A stretch of DNA of 64,000 nt from Pirellulales bacterium. GTDB lineage: Bacteria > Planctomycetota > Planctomycetia > Pirellulales > JANQPP01. Both the position numbers and the translations under genes were made by a program. Positions 1 to 9,632 of the stretch are shown in pieces. The DNA lies in contig JANQPP010000026.1 of assembly GCA_028289405.1 (NCBI GenBank), positions 17,501 through 81,500 of the forward strand, in the 5' to 3' direction. Numbering within the stretch: position 1 is the stretch's first letter; every line of letters begins with the position of its first letter. The notes under the pieces were generated by a model, which was not told the origin of the DNA, did no database searches, and saw only the letters and a list, made by a program, of their open reading frames with translations.

Positions 1-2
1 TG

Positions 3-1031
3 ACTTGTCCCGGAGACGGCAAAAACCTGGTGCTCTGTTTCAACCGCCAAGGGCAAGAGTTATGGCGTACCGAAGTGGGCGGGGAGGTGGCCGGCAAGCA
101 CCGCAAAGGAAGCGGCACGAATCCGTCCCCCACCACCGATGGCGAGCGGGTTTATGTCTATTTCAAGAGCGGCGACTTGGCCGCCTTGGACTTCCAGGGA
201 AAAACGGTCTGGCACCACAATCTGCAAGAGATGTACGGTGAGGACACGCTGTGGTGGGATTTGGGCACTTCGCCCGTGTTGACGCCCGAAGCGGTCGTGG
301 TGGCCTGCATGCAAAGCGGGCCCTCCTATCTGGCCGCGTTCGATAAGGAAACCGGTGACGTGCTGTGGAAAGTAGACCGCATGCTGCCCGCGCCGCGTGA
401 GTCCGCGCAAAGCTATTCCACGCCCGTGGTGCACGATACCCCGCAAGGCCCGATCCTCGTGGTGCTGGGGGCCGACCATGTCACGGGCCATGACGCGGCC
501 ACGGGCCATGAACTGTGGCGCGTGGGCGGGCTCAATCCTAACGGCGAGCAATTCTTCCGCTCCATCGCCTCGGCGGTCATTTGCCAGGATTTGGTGATCG
601 CGCCGTACGCGCGTGGCGATTCGCTGACCGCCATCCGCTTGGGCGGATCGGGCGACGTCACCGATTCACATGTCGAATGGGAACGCCATGACTACTCCGC
701 CGACGTGCCCACTCCCGCGGCTCTCGGCAGCCGCGTCTATATCTGCACGGATAAAGGCGAAGTTGCCTGCCTGGATGGACCGTCGGGCGACGTGGTATGG
801 GCGGACCAGGTGGAAAGGTCCCGCACGGCGTTCAGTTCCTCACCGGTCGTGGCCGGAGGGAACATTTACATCACCCGTGAAGACGGCACGACGTTTGTCC
901 TGGCCGGTGGCGATGAATTCCGCATGATCGGCAAAAACGCACTCGGCGAGGACACGTTGGCCACGCCGGTCTTTGTCGACGGCAAGATTCTGCTCCGCAC
1001 GTTCGAGCATCTCTACTGCATCGGCGAGTAA
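3..1031 (+). CDS. PQQ-like beta-propeller repeat protein (BamB-like family), 5'-truncated by the window edge
   Basis: Frame open from position 3. Repeated 'SP...G.vyv....G.l.Ald..tG..vW' propeller blades; typical planctomycete C-terminus 'ATP..VDGKILLRT..HLYCIG'. Confidence 0.85.
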   Translation, partial: TCPGDGKNLVLCFNRQGQELWRTEVGGEVAGKHRKGSGTNPSPTTDGERVYVYFKSGDLAALDFQGKTVWHHNLQEMYGEDTLWWDLGTSPVLTPEAVVVACMQSGPSYLAAFDKETGDVLWKVDRMLPAPRESAQSYSTPVVHDTPQGPILVVLGADHVTGHDAATGHELWRVGGLNPNGEQFFRSIASAVICQDLVIAPYARGDSLTAIRLGGSGDVTDSHVEWERHDYSADVPTPAALGSRVYICTDKGEVACLDGPSGDVVWADQVERSRTAFSSSPVVAGGNIYITREDGTTFVLAGGDEFRMIGKNALGEDTLATPVFVDGKILLRTFEHLYCIGE

Positions 1032-1111
1032 AGCAGCGCTCGCCTGGCCGAAATCACTCCACGGCGCGCGAGGCAGCCGTCCTCACGAGCCGCGGAATGA
1101 TGTAGTAGAGA

Positions 1112-2977
1112 TTATTTGCCATCACGCAGGATGATCTGCGGCATGGGAAGAGAGACGTTCTCTTGCTGGAGAATTTCAAGCTGCCGCAGCGCCGTCTTCA
1201 AGTGCCCTGCCGTGGCGGGGTCCAACTTTCGCAAGCGTGGCCAAGCCAGTTTGGCGAGCCAGTCCGAGCTTCCTTCCCCTAGGCCGGAGGGAGCGTTCAG
1301 CGAAAGGGGCTGGTCTTGGTCATCCTCGCCGGAGAGGCTTTCGGTTAACAGTTCGGCGAAATTTTTGGGACGCGGGACGGGCCGCACATCGTAGTCCTCC
1401 AAATCAGCCAGTTCCGCCGCGTGGGCCACCGCGTCCCGCAGTCCGCCAAGGCGGTCCACCAATCCCAAATCGAGGGCTTGCCGGCCCGTGTAGACCCGGC
1501 CCCCCGCCATGTCTTCCAGATCCTTGGTCAGGCGTTCCCGGCGGGCGTTCAGCACGTGCTGCTTGAACACGTCATAAATCTCGTCCATCCAGGACTGCAA
1601 CATTTCCCGCTGGGCTGGCGTGAAGGCGCGGTTCGAGGAAAGAATGCCCGACTGCGGACCCTGTTCGAATTCCTTGAAATTGACGCCGAATTTTTCCCAC
1701 ATATCGCGCGTGGCCAACTTGCCGGCCACCACGCCAATCGAAGCGGTGATCGTGGCGGGATCGGCGAAAATCGTGTCGGTCCCGCAGGCGACGTAGTAGC
1801 CGCCGCTGCCGGCCACGTCCCCCATGGAGACCACGAAAGGCTTCTTCTCCCTCAGATCGAGGGTCGCTTGCAGGATGACTTCGCTCCCCACGGCGGATCC
1901 GCCCGGCGAATTGACCCGCAGCACGACGGCCTTGATCGAATCATCGTCCGCCGCTTTGAGCAGGGCCTTGCGGATGGGGCCGCTATAGGCGATGCCGCCG
2001 GCGCCGAAGGGAAACCCGCCGGGAGCCGCTTCGCCCGCCATGATGGGGCCTTCCACATAGACGATGCCCACGGCGTCCTTCTTCGCTCCAGGACGAGAAG
2101 GGCCGCTGAGCAAATCGGCATAAAACTTCAACACGCCAAACGGGCTCGACAAGTCAATTTGCTTCGGCTTTTTCTTGCCATATTTCTTGTCGAACTTGAG
2201 ATCCTCGCCAAAGCGGGATTTCAACTCCGCGATGAATTCGTCCCGGTCCTCCACCGCGTCAATGATGCCCAGCTCCTGCGCCGCGTCGGGGCTGAACAGC
2301 CCCTTGTCCATCCACTGTTGGACCTGTTCCTCGCTGGTTTCGCGGCCTTCGGCGATCATCTCCACGTACATCGCGAAGAGGTCGTCAAGCAGCCACCGCA
2401 GATTCTCTTCCGCCTCGGGGCTCGGTTCTTTCCGCGTGTAGGTTTCCGCCGCGCTTTTGTAGTCGCCACAGGTCAAAAAGTCGGGCTCGACTTCCAGCTT
2501 GTCCAGCAGCCCGCGCACGTGCATCGAGGCGCCAAACAGTCCCGTGAGCCAGATGTCGCCGTTGGGCACGACGCTGAGCCGGTTGGCCACGGCATGCACG
2601 GCATGGGAACGGGTCGTGAGTGATTCGGCATGCGAATGGATCTCTTTGCCGGCTTCCTTGATCTCCTTCAAGATGGAAAGCGTTTCCTGAAGCTGGGCGT
2701 GCCCAAGGGCGGCTCCATTGCCTAGGAGGACGATGGCCTTCACTTTTTCGTCATCGCGAACTTTTCGGAGCCGGGCCGTCCACTGTTCAAACGATTCCAC
2801 AGCGCCGCCGCCGAAGAGCATCAGATCTTCGCCTACTGGGGCCTCGGCCAGGGGCCGGTCAACGCGAAACACGGGAACCACCGCCGGCGTGGAGCCTTCG
2901 GCAAAGACCGGCTGGGATGCCACGAGCGGCGCGAACGACACCGCGACCAACAGAATCAAACTACGCACAATTTTCAT
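1112..2977 (-). CDS. sppA: Signal peptide peptidase SppA (protease IV, S49, long form)
   Basis: Two S49 domains with 'GDYKSAAE', 'LRVNSPGGSA', 'SMGDVAGSGGYY', 'TITASIGV' and 'GRVYTGRQA..LGLVD.LGG'; N-terminal signal peptide. Confidence 0.92.
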   Translation of the reverse strand: MKIVRSLILLVAVSFAPLVASQPVFAEGSTPAVVPVFRVDRPLAEAPVGEDLMLFGGGAVESFEQWTARLRKVRDDEKVKAIVLLGNGAALGHAQLQETLSILKEIKEAGKEIHSHAESLTTRSHAVHAVANRLSVVPNGDIWLTGLFGASMHVRGLLDKLEVEPDFLTCGDYKSAAETYTRKEPSPEAEENLRWLLDDLFAMYVEMIAEGRETSEEQVQQWMDKGLFSPDAAQELGIIDAVEDRDEFIAELKSRFGEDLKFDKKYGKKKPKQIDLSSPFGVLKFYADLLSGPSRPGAKKDAVGIVYVEGPIMAGEAAPGGFPFGAGGIAYSGPIRKALLKAADDDSIKAVVLRVNSPGGSAVGSEVILQATLDLREKKPFVVSMGDVAGSGGYYVACGTDTIFADPATITASIGVVAGKLATRDMWEKFGVNFKEFEQGPQSGILSSNRAFTPAQREMLQSWMDEIYDVFKQHVLNARRERLTKDLEDMAGGRVYTGRQALDLGLVDRLGGLRDAVAHAAELADLEDYDVRPVPRPKNFAELLTESLSGEDDQDQPLSLNAPSGLGEGSSDWLAKLAWPRLRKLDPATAGHLKTALRQLEILQQENVSLPMPQIILRDGK

Positions 2978-3259
2978 GGCCCTGGCTCTCCTCGACGGGT
3001 GGAAATTTGGCTCGGCAAGATGCCGATGGTTGGGAAAAGATGGCGCCGCGGACCCATCGCGAGTATTGACGGGCGCGCGGAGGAACTCTCAGAATTCTGG
3101 CCCATAAAACCGGCGAACTCAAGCCACTCAACGAAGCAGCTCTCGCCGGTAAAAGCGGGACAAGACGGACAATCCACCATACTTCGCCACGAAGCGCCGC
3201 TTCTTGGCGGAATTCCGTTGCAATCCTTGAGAGGGCGACGATTCCGTCCGTGGCGCGGT

Positions 3260-3414
3260 TAGCAGGCTGTTGATTTACTCAACAGCCTGCGGCATCACAG
3301 GAGGTGATGTTCAAAATAGCGACGTAAGTCGTTATTTTGCGAGCTGGGAACAGCTTAGCGGTGACCCTGGCGAGGTTGAAAAACGCCACGATGGTGTTTT
3401 TCAACGGGTTGTTA
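3260..3414. mobile_element. 155-bp multi-hairpin palindromic element (MITE-like or structured ncRNA), TA at both ends
   Basis: Five stem-loops at 3262-3290, 3291-3311, 3312-3339, 3341-3356 and 3375-3405. Termini TAGCAGGCTGTTGA...TCAACGGGTTGTTA are imperfect inverted repeats. Mobile nature is inferred. Confidence 0.55.
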
Positions 3415-6366
3415 CTCCTCGCCTCGATTGCCGTTGCCTTCGGGCTTGCCTTCGCCTTCGTTCCCTTGCTCGCCCGGCTTCTTTTGGTCTTTGTTGGCTT
3501 GGGCCTGTGCTTCGCCTAGCAGACGGGCCAAAGCGGCCCGGGCGGAACTCCCCTTCAAAGCGGAATTGACCCGCACGACTTCAATGGTGGAAGAGGGCCG
3601 CGCCGCGCGGTCCAGTTCATGGACAATCGCCTTGACATGGACCATCACCACGGGAGCGGCGGAGACGACCAAGGAATTCGAGGTCTGATCGACGCCCATG
3701 GACAACAGACCTTTGAACCGGGGCTTCTTGGTCTGTTCGTCGTCGCCTTCGCCAAAATCGTAGATGATCCGCCGTTCGGGACGATCTTCCTTCTTGTTGT
3801 TCTGCAGCGCCTTGTCGTTGGAGCTGAGCAAGTCGCGGAAGACGTCCTTGACAACTTCGGCCACTTCCTCCGCTTTGGCAAACTTTAGATGAAAAAATTC
3901 CGTCTGATGGGCGGACTGGGAATCGTCCGTGGGCGGCTGATCGTAAAAATCGATCAGCTCACGCACGGTTTCCAGTTGCTCGGGCGTTCCGCCTTGGACC
4001 AGCAGGGTGTTAGTGTCGCTATCGGAAACGAATTTCAGTGGGCGGCGTCGCGACAGGGCACTGCTCGATTTCTTCGAAGAATTCGAGCGAGGGCGATAGC
4101 CCCAATACCAATAGTCAAAGTTGGATCCGGATTCCTCTTCTCCTTCCTCGAAGATCTCTTCCAGGTTGAGCTTCACCGAGTAGGCCCAGGCGTATTTGAG
4201 CCGGAAGACGATGAAGTCTCTGGGCCGTGGCGCGAAGTCATCAATCAATTGTTCCAGCCGGTCGAGCGCCTCGGTATCGTCCGAGGAAATCATCAACTCC
4301 CCCTGGGGACTGACTGAGATCCGGATAGGGGGCGGTTCGGAGGGTTCTTCAATTTCGGGCTGCATCGCTTCCCGCTCGGCAGCTCTCTGTTCCGCTTGCA
4401 GCTTTTCGAACAGCTTACGCAACTCTTCCTGGGAAGGCTCTTCGGAAGCTTCTTCCGATGTGAGCTGAACAAGCTGGATCCGGGGAGCGGCATGATGCGG
4501 CCTGGGCAGCGGCACCAGACGTGCTTGGCGTGGCTCTTCTTCCTCTTGGTCTTCTTTGTCCGTGGAAGTCGCCGTTGGAGGAAGGCCAATGATTTCCAAC
4601 GGGTTTTCACCCATATTGGGCCAAACTTCCCGCAGTTGTTCCAGGAATTCTCGTGTCTCCTCGCCTGGAGCAACCTCGAAGTAGCGGGTCTTCTGCGGTT
4701 TACCCCCCTCGGGCGGGATCTCTCCCAACTTCACCAGCAGGTTGCGAACTTCGGCATATTCAATTTCATTGGCCCACAGCAAAAGCTGATTATTGGCTAC
4801 ATCCGCGTCAACGCGGAACTCATCCTTCTTCTCATCTTCATCGTTGTTGCGTCTCCAACTATAGAAAGAGAAATAGCCACGCCGCTGATTTTGGCTGTCA
4901 TCCTCTTTCTTACCCCCCATCATCTTTTCGATCGTCCCCGCCACGTCGTCCGCGTAGAGCCGCCGCAAGGCGATCACTTCGAAAGAACGGCTGCTGCCGT
5001 CGAGCTTGGCGATCAGCTCGCTAATAACTAATTGGTCCGCGCGGCTGCCGGTGGCGATGAGCGCGTTATTCTTCTTATCGACTTGCAGCTTCGTGGAGGG
5101 TTCCAGGTTGCCGACCTCTTCCAGCGTCGTTTTGAACGCTTCGGGATCGAGAGAGGCCAAGCGGTGGATCTGCATGCGGGCCATGTTGAGCAGCAGTGAA
5201 TTCTGAGGATCGGGTGGCGTGTCGATGGTCTCCACGGCCAGCTTGATCAGAGCCATCTTGTTCGGCGGAGCGTTGGCCAAGATGCTGTTGTTCCGTACGT
5301 CCGCGACGAGATAAATTTTCGCCTCTTCCTTTTGTCCTCCCGGCTGCCCGCCTTGTTTTTGTTGCTGGCGCATCTGCTGCATCATCTGCTGTTGCTGACG
5401 CATTTGCTCGGGCGTCATCGGGCCTGCAGGCTTGGTCTCGACGCCCAGCAATTCCTTGAGATTGTCGATCACGTCCGCGGCACGCGTATATTGCAAGGGA
5501 ATGTTTTGTAACAGACGCTCTTGCCCGCGGTCCGACTGTTCGACGCTCAGCAGGGCATTCACGTCCCTCAGGTTTCTCGCCGTATCGACCACCTCCACGC
5601 GGTTGGTCGCCTTGAGCGGCGTGATCTTGTGATTGGCGCTGAGCATCGGCTTGATTTCCTCGACCGCTTCCTCGGCCATGAGCCAATCGAGCGGGAAGGA
5701 AACCTTCAAAAATTCGTGCGGGTGGCGTGCTTCAAGTTCTTCGGGCACCACGCGCGGCACGGCGCTGGGGTTCATCCCCTCGATCTTGACGACGGACATG
5801 ACCTCCTCATTGACGAGGATCGTGAAACCCCGCCGCAAGAGGTGCATGTTAATCAGGTCCCGCGTTTCGGGCACTGTATAGCTGCGGCGCGTGGTGAGAT
5901 TGAGATAATCGGAGGGGAGTTCCTGCCAGTCGAAGCTGAGCTGGGAGATATCGGCGAGCCACTCCAGCACCGCCTGCCAGGGTTGGCCGCGAAAATTGAA
6001 TTCGACCTTCCCGTCATCGCCGGGACGTACCTCCAATTCCGAGGGATCTGGAGGGGTATCCGGAGTATCAGAACGCTTGACGGTCTTCGATGCTTCATCC
6101 TTGTTTTCTTCGCCCTTCTTTTCCCCGCCTTGGCCGTCCTTGGGTTGTTCACCGTTTTGGTTCGGTTGCCCAGGTTTTTGCCCTGGTTGTTGTGGTTTCC
6201 CGCCCGGCTTGCCGGCTTTGGGCCCTCCTCGCGCGGGACGTGCTTGACCAGGCGGTTGAGCGTGAGCGCTTTGTTCGACAAGAACCAGCGCGGACAGTAG
6301 AGCGCCCGACAATACCGCCGTGAGGAGAACGAATGACCTTCGAACGGTCCGTAAGCGCATGTCCAT
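3412..6366 (-). CDS. Secretin N-terminal (NolW/N-domain) repeat protein lacking a recognisable C-terminal secretin barrel
   Basis: N0-like 'FNFRGQPWQAVLEWLA' plus about 7 N-domain repeats ('L.Y..A..V...L..l' ... 'D..tN.L.v.......i..Li..lD'). Start re-picked at ATG 6366 (MDMRLR..., followed by a signal peptide). Confidence 0.8.
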   Translation of the reverse strand: MDMRLRTVRRSFVLLTAVLSGALLSALVLVEQSAHAQPPGQARPARGGPKAGKPGGKPQQPGQKPGQPNQNGEQPKDGQGGEKKGEENKDEASKTVKRSDTPDTPPDPSELEVRPGDDGKVEFNFRGQPWQAVLEWLADISQLSFDWQELPSDYLNLTTRRSYTVPETRDLINMHLLRRGFTILVNEEVMSVVKIEGMNPSAVPRVVPEELEARHPHEFLKVSFPLDWLMAEEAVEEIKPMLSANHKITPLKATNRVEVVDTARNLRDVNALLSVEQSDRGQERLLQNIPLQYTRAADVIDNLKELLGVETKPAGPMTPEQMRQQQQMMQQMRQQQKQGGQPGGQKEEAKIYLVADVRNNSILANAPPNKMALIKLAVETIDTPPDPQNSLLLNMARMQIHRLASLDPEAFKTTLEEVGNLEPSTKLQVDKKNNALIATGSRADQLVISELIAKLDGSSRSFEVIALRRLYADDVAGTIEKMMGGKKEDDSQNQRRGYFSFYSWRRNNDEDEKKDEFRVDADVANNQLLLWANEIEYAEVRNLLVKLGEIPPEGGKPQKTRYFEVAPGEETREFLEQLREVWPNMGENPLEIIGLPPTATSTDKEDQEEEEPRQARLVPLPRPHHAAPRIQLVQLTSEEASEEPSQEELRKLFEKLQAEQRAAEREAMQPEIEEPSEPPPIRISVSPQGELMISSDDTEALDRLEQLIDDFAPRPRDFIVFRLKYAWAYSVKLNLEEIFEEGEEESGSNFDYWYWGYRPRSNSSKKSSSALSRRRPLKFVSDSDTNTLLVQGGTPEQLETVRELIDFYDQPPTDDSQSAHQTEFFHLKFAKAEEVAEVVKDVFRDLLSSNDKALQNNKKEDRPERRIIYDFGEGDDEQTKKPRFKGLLSMGVDQTSNSLVVSAAPVVMVHVKAIVHELDRAARPSSTIEVVRVNSALKGSSARAALARLLGEAQAQANKDQKKPGEQGNEGEGKPEGNGNRGEE

Positions 6367-6775
6367 AAGAGACCTCTTCTCTGTGAGTTGCCTGTCTTCG
6401 TCCACTAGCCGAATGGCTGGCCGCCGATTGATGGGCCTTGAGTCTGGCCTGGTTCTCTGCCGGTCCAGGCAGTGAAACAGCCGGTCGCCTAGGTTCTCCA
6501 TTCTGTCTTTTGTCGCCTTTCGGCGCGCTCAAATCAAGTGGAAAAGTGGAAATTTCTTGGAATTCGTTGAAGTCTCCGGATGCCGGCTCCTCGGAATTGG
6601 TTCGAATCAAACACCAAATTCTTGTACTTTTTCTTGGCGTCCTCCGCATAAATCCTCGCAATTCTCTCGCGAAACGTCACGCAAATCGTTGGCTTCGATT
6701 TCTCCGTGCCGCTAACCTGAGAGATTGTGAAGACCATAACTTCGTGCGCATCGGAGACTTTGGGAGGAGAGCGGA

Positions 6776-9595
6776 GTGAGACGGAGCGGGAAGAAACGGG
6801 GGCTGGGAAACATGGTGGTTCGCCGAGCGGGCATCTGTGAACGGCTGGAACCCCGAATGTTGTTGGCGGGAGATCCCGCGTTTGACGTGCTCGTGTTCAC
6901 GAAGACCGCTGGCTTTCGCCATGGTTCGATTGCCGCCGGCATCAACGCGGTGGAAAACCTGGCCGAAGAACATGGCTTCTCCACGCTGGCCGCGGAAGAT
7001 GCCAGGATCTTCAACGACCGAGATTTGGCCCCTTTCGAAGCGGTCATCTTTCTGAACACGACGGGCAACGTGCTCAACACCGCGCAAGAAGCCGCCTTCC
7101 AGCGATACATCCGCGCGGGAGGCGGGTTCGTGGGCATCCACGCCGCCGCCGACACCGAACATGACTGGGCTTGGTACGGAGATTTGGTGGGTGCCCGCTT
7201 CGCCTCGCATCCGGCCGTGCAGACGGGAACCGTGGTTGTCGCCGATCGTTTCCATGCTTCGACCGAGGGACTTCCGGAGCGGTGGGAAGTCACCGACGAG
7301 TGGTACAACTTCAACCTCAACCCACGCGGACAGGTGCATGTGTTGGCCACGCTGGACGAACGGACGTATACCGGCGGCCAGATGGGTTTCGACCATCCCG
7401 TCGCTTGGGCCCAAGAATTCGACGGTGGGCGCTCCTGGTACACCGGGCGGGGGCACACTTCGGGTTCATTCCGCGAACCGCTGTTCCAAGAGCATCTGCT
7501 GGGCGGGATTCAGTACGCAGCCGGTTTCGCGCCCGCCGATGTGGGTGCCACGCTGGACCGCAATTACGAAAAGGTCGAGTTGGAAACGCGAGTTTCCAAT
7601 CCGATGCAACTGGACGTGGCGCCCGACGGCACGGTCTATTTCATCGAGCGGGGAGGCACCATGAAGGCCCACCTTCCCGAGGAGTCCCGCACCGTGCGAG
7701 TGGGAGCCCTAGCGGTGACCACCGAGCATGAGGATGGCCTGCTGGGCATCGCGCTCGATCCTAACTTCGCGGAGAATGCGTGGGTCTATCTGTTCTACTC
7801 TCCCTCGGGGCCGGTGGCCGAGCAGCGGGTTTCCAGATTCACCATCGTGGACAACCGGCTCGACATGGGTTCCGAGGAGACCTTGCTGCGGATACCCGTG
7901 CAGCGCAGCAATTGCTGCCATTCGGCCGGCGCGCTGGGATTCGGACCGGACGGCGATTTGTATATCTCCACGGGGGACAACACGAATCCCTTTGCATCCA
8001 GCGGTTACGCGCCGATCGATGAACGGCCTGGACGTTCCGATTTCGACGCGCAGAAATCCTCCTCCAATACGGACGATTTGCGTGGCAAAATTCTGCGAAT
8101 CCATCCCGAGGCGAACGGAGCCTACAGCATTCCCGAGGGGAATCTGTTTCCCGCCGATGGTTCGCAAGGCCGTCCCGAGATTTTCGTGATGGGCAACCGC
8201 AACCCGTTCCGTTTTTCCGTCGACTCGGAGACGGGTTGGCTTTATTGGGGGGATGTGGGCCCGGACGCGGGAAGCAATTCAGACGCGCGCGGCCCACGCG
8301 GGCATGACGAAATCAATCAGGCGCGGGAAGCGGGGAATTACGGTTGGCCCTACTTCGTGGCGAACAACTTGCCCTACCGGGATTATGACTTCGCCCGGCA
8401 GCTGTCGGGGATCACTTTCGATCCCCTGGCTCCCGTCAATCGTTCTCTCAACAACACGGGGGCCGAACTCCTGCCGCCGGCCCAACCGGCTTGGATCTGG
8501 TACCCCGGCGGGCGAGGTACCGATTTTCCGGAATTGGGCACGGGAGGCCGCACCGCAATGGCCGGCCCGGTGCACCATTTCGATCCCGCAACTTCCGAGA
8601 CGCGCGGGTTGCCCGAATATTTCGATGACACGTTGTTCATCTACGAATGGTCCCGGGGTTGGATTCAGGAAGTGAAAATCGACTCCGAGGGAAATGTACT
8701 CAAGATCAACCCTTTCCTGCCGTCATTCGATTTTCGCCGTCCCATCGACATGAAGATCAGCCCCGACGGGGCGATGTACCTTTTGGAATGGGGCTCCAAT
8801 TTCGGAGGCGGCAACGCTGACGCGAAACTCGTGCGGATCGACTACACAAACCCGCTGCCGCTGCCGTCGACCCACGTGATGGTGGATCAGCAATCCGGCG
8901 AGGTACCATTGGAAGTCGGGTTCTCGGGTGAAATGTCCCGAGCGGCGGTGGACGGGCCACTAGAATTCGCTTGGGACTTCGAGTCGGACGGAGTGGTCGA
9001 CGCCACGGGTCCGGAAGTTTCCTTCACCTATGCCCGACCGGGCACTTTCACGGCCACTTTAACGGTGACCGACGCGGCGGGGGGCACTTCCTCGGATACC
9101 GTGGACATCGTGGTAACAGGCACACCGCCCGTCGCCGTCGATGACCTGTTTCAGGTCGCCGTGGGAGTGACGCTGGAAGTTGGCGCGGAAAGCGGCCTGC
9201 TCGCCAACGACGATGGCGTTGGTCTCTCCGCCATGTTGGGCGATCTGCCCACCCATGGCGATCTGACTCTGTTTGAAGATGGTTCCTTTCGTTACGTCCC
9301 TCGTGCCGGTTTCTTTGGCGTGGACACGTTCACGTACTCCGCCTTGGCTGGCCAACTCTCCTCCGAGCCGCGCACCGTCACAATCGAGGTCCGCGCGCCC
9401 GGGGATGCGAATCTGGACGGGCGGATCGATCTCAACGATTTCTCGCTGCTGAAAGCGAACTTCGGAATGAATGGCACGACATGGGGGCAGGGGGATTTCG
9501 ACGGGGACGGGGATGTCGACTTGGAGGACTTCACCGCGTTGAAGGATGGCTTTGGCCAAATTGCGTTGGAAGCCGCCTTCGCTATTTGGCAGTAG
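6776..9595 (+). CDS. ThuA-like + glucose/sorbosone dehydrogenase propeller + PKD + cadherin-like/Ig + dockerin-like secreted protein
   Basis: 'LVFTKTAGFRHGSI', 'GGGFVGIHAA', 'DEWYNF' (ThuA); 'CCHSAG', 'GDNTNP', 'GNRNPFRF' (GSDH); 'WDFESDG' (PKD); 'GDANLDGRIDLNDFSLLKANFG' (dockerin-like); planctomycete signal 'ERLEPRMLLA'. Start may instead be ATG 6812. Confidence 0.85.
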   Translation: MRRSGKKRGLGNMVVRRAGICERLEPRMLLAGDPAFDVLVFTKTAGFRHGSIAAGINAVENLAEEHGFSTLAAEDARIFNDRDLAPFEAVIFLNTTGNVLNTAQEAAFQRYIRAGGGFVGIHAAADTEHDWAWYGDLVGARFASHPAVQTGTVVVADRFHASTEGLPERWEVTDEWYNFNLNPRGQVHVLATLDERTYTGGQMGFDHPVAWAQEFDGGRSWYTGRGHTSGSFREPLFQEHLLGGIQYAAGFAPADVGATLDRNYEKVELETRVSNPMQLDVAPDGTVYFIERGGTMKAHLPEESRTVRVGALAVTTEHEDGLLGIALDPNFAENAWVYLFYSPSGPVAEQRVSRFTIVDNRLDMGSEETLLRIPVQRSNCCHSAGALGFGPDGDLYISTGDNTNPFASSGYAPIDERPGRSDFDAQKSSSNTDDLRGKILRIHPEANGAYSIPEGNLFPADGSQGRPEIFVMGNRNPFRFSVDSETGWLYWGDVGPDAGSNSDARGPRGHDEINQAREAGNYGWPYFVANNLPYRDYDFARQLSGITFDPLAPVNRSLNNTGAELLPPAQPAWIWYPGGRGTDFPELGTGGRTAMAGPVHHFDPATSETRGLPEYFDDTLFIYEWSRGWIQEVKIDSEGNVLKINPFLPSFDFRRPIDMKISPDGAMYLLEWGSNFGGGNADAKLVRIDYTNPLPLPSTHVMVDQQSGEVPLEVGFSGEMSRAAVDGPLEFAWDFESDGVVDATGPEVSFTYARPGTFTATLTVTDAAGGTSSDTVDIVVTGTPPVAVDDLFQVAVGVTLEVGAESGLLANDDGVGLSAMLGDLPTHGDLTLFEDGSFRYVPRAGFFGVDTFTYSALAGQLSSEPRTVTIEVRAPGDANLDGRIDLNDFSLLKANFGMNGTTWGQGDFDGDGDVDLEDFTALKDGFGQIALEAAFAIWQ

Positions 9596-9632
9596 ACCGG
9601 AAAAAGCTAATCGCCCGGTCGAGCATTCATGA

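Noticed and set aside
1421-2623. 400-aa + strand ORF (similar long shadows at 27509-28555, 36977-37849, 38165-39142, 40973-42181, 52338-53396)
   Set aside because: Antisense shadows of well-supported genes, expected with high-GC codon bias.
3337-3519. 60-aa very hydrophobic + strand ORF resembling a membrane toxin or small protein
   Set aside because: It is the antisense reading of the E/K/Q/N-rich tail of the secretin-like gene, which automatically gives hydrophobic codons; no Shine-Dalgarno.
3270-3569. 99-aa ORF starting in the palindromic element
   Set aside because: Translation of the hairpin element running antisense into a real gene; no protein features.
5340-5410. CTG/TTG-rich triplet-like run
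   Set aside because: Encodes a Q/M-rich loop in the secretin-like protein; imperfect, in-frame, not a contingency repeat.
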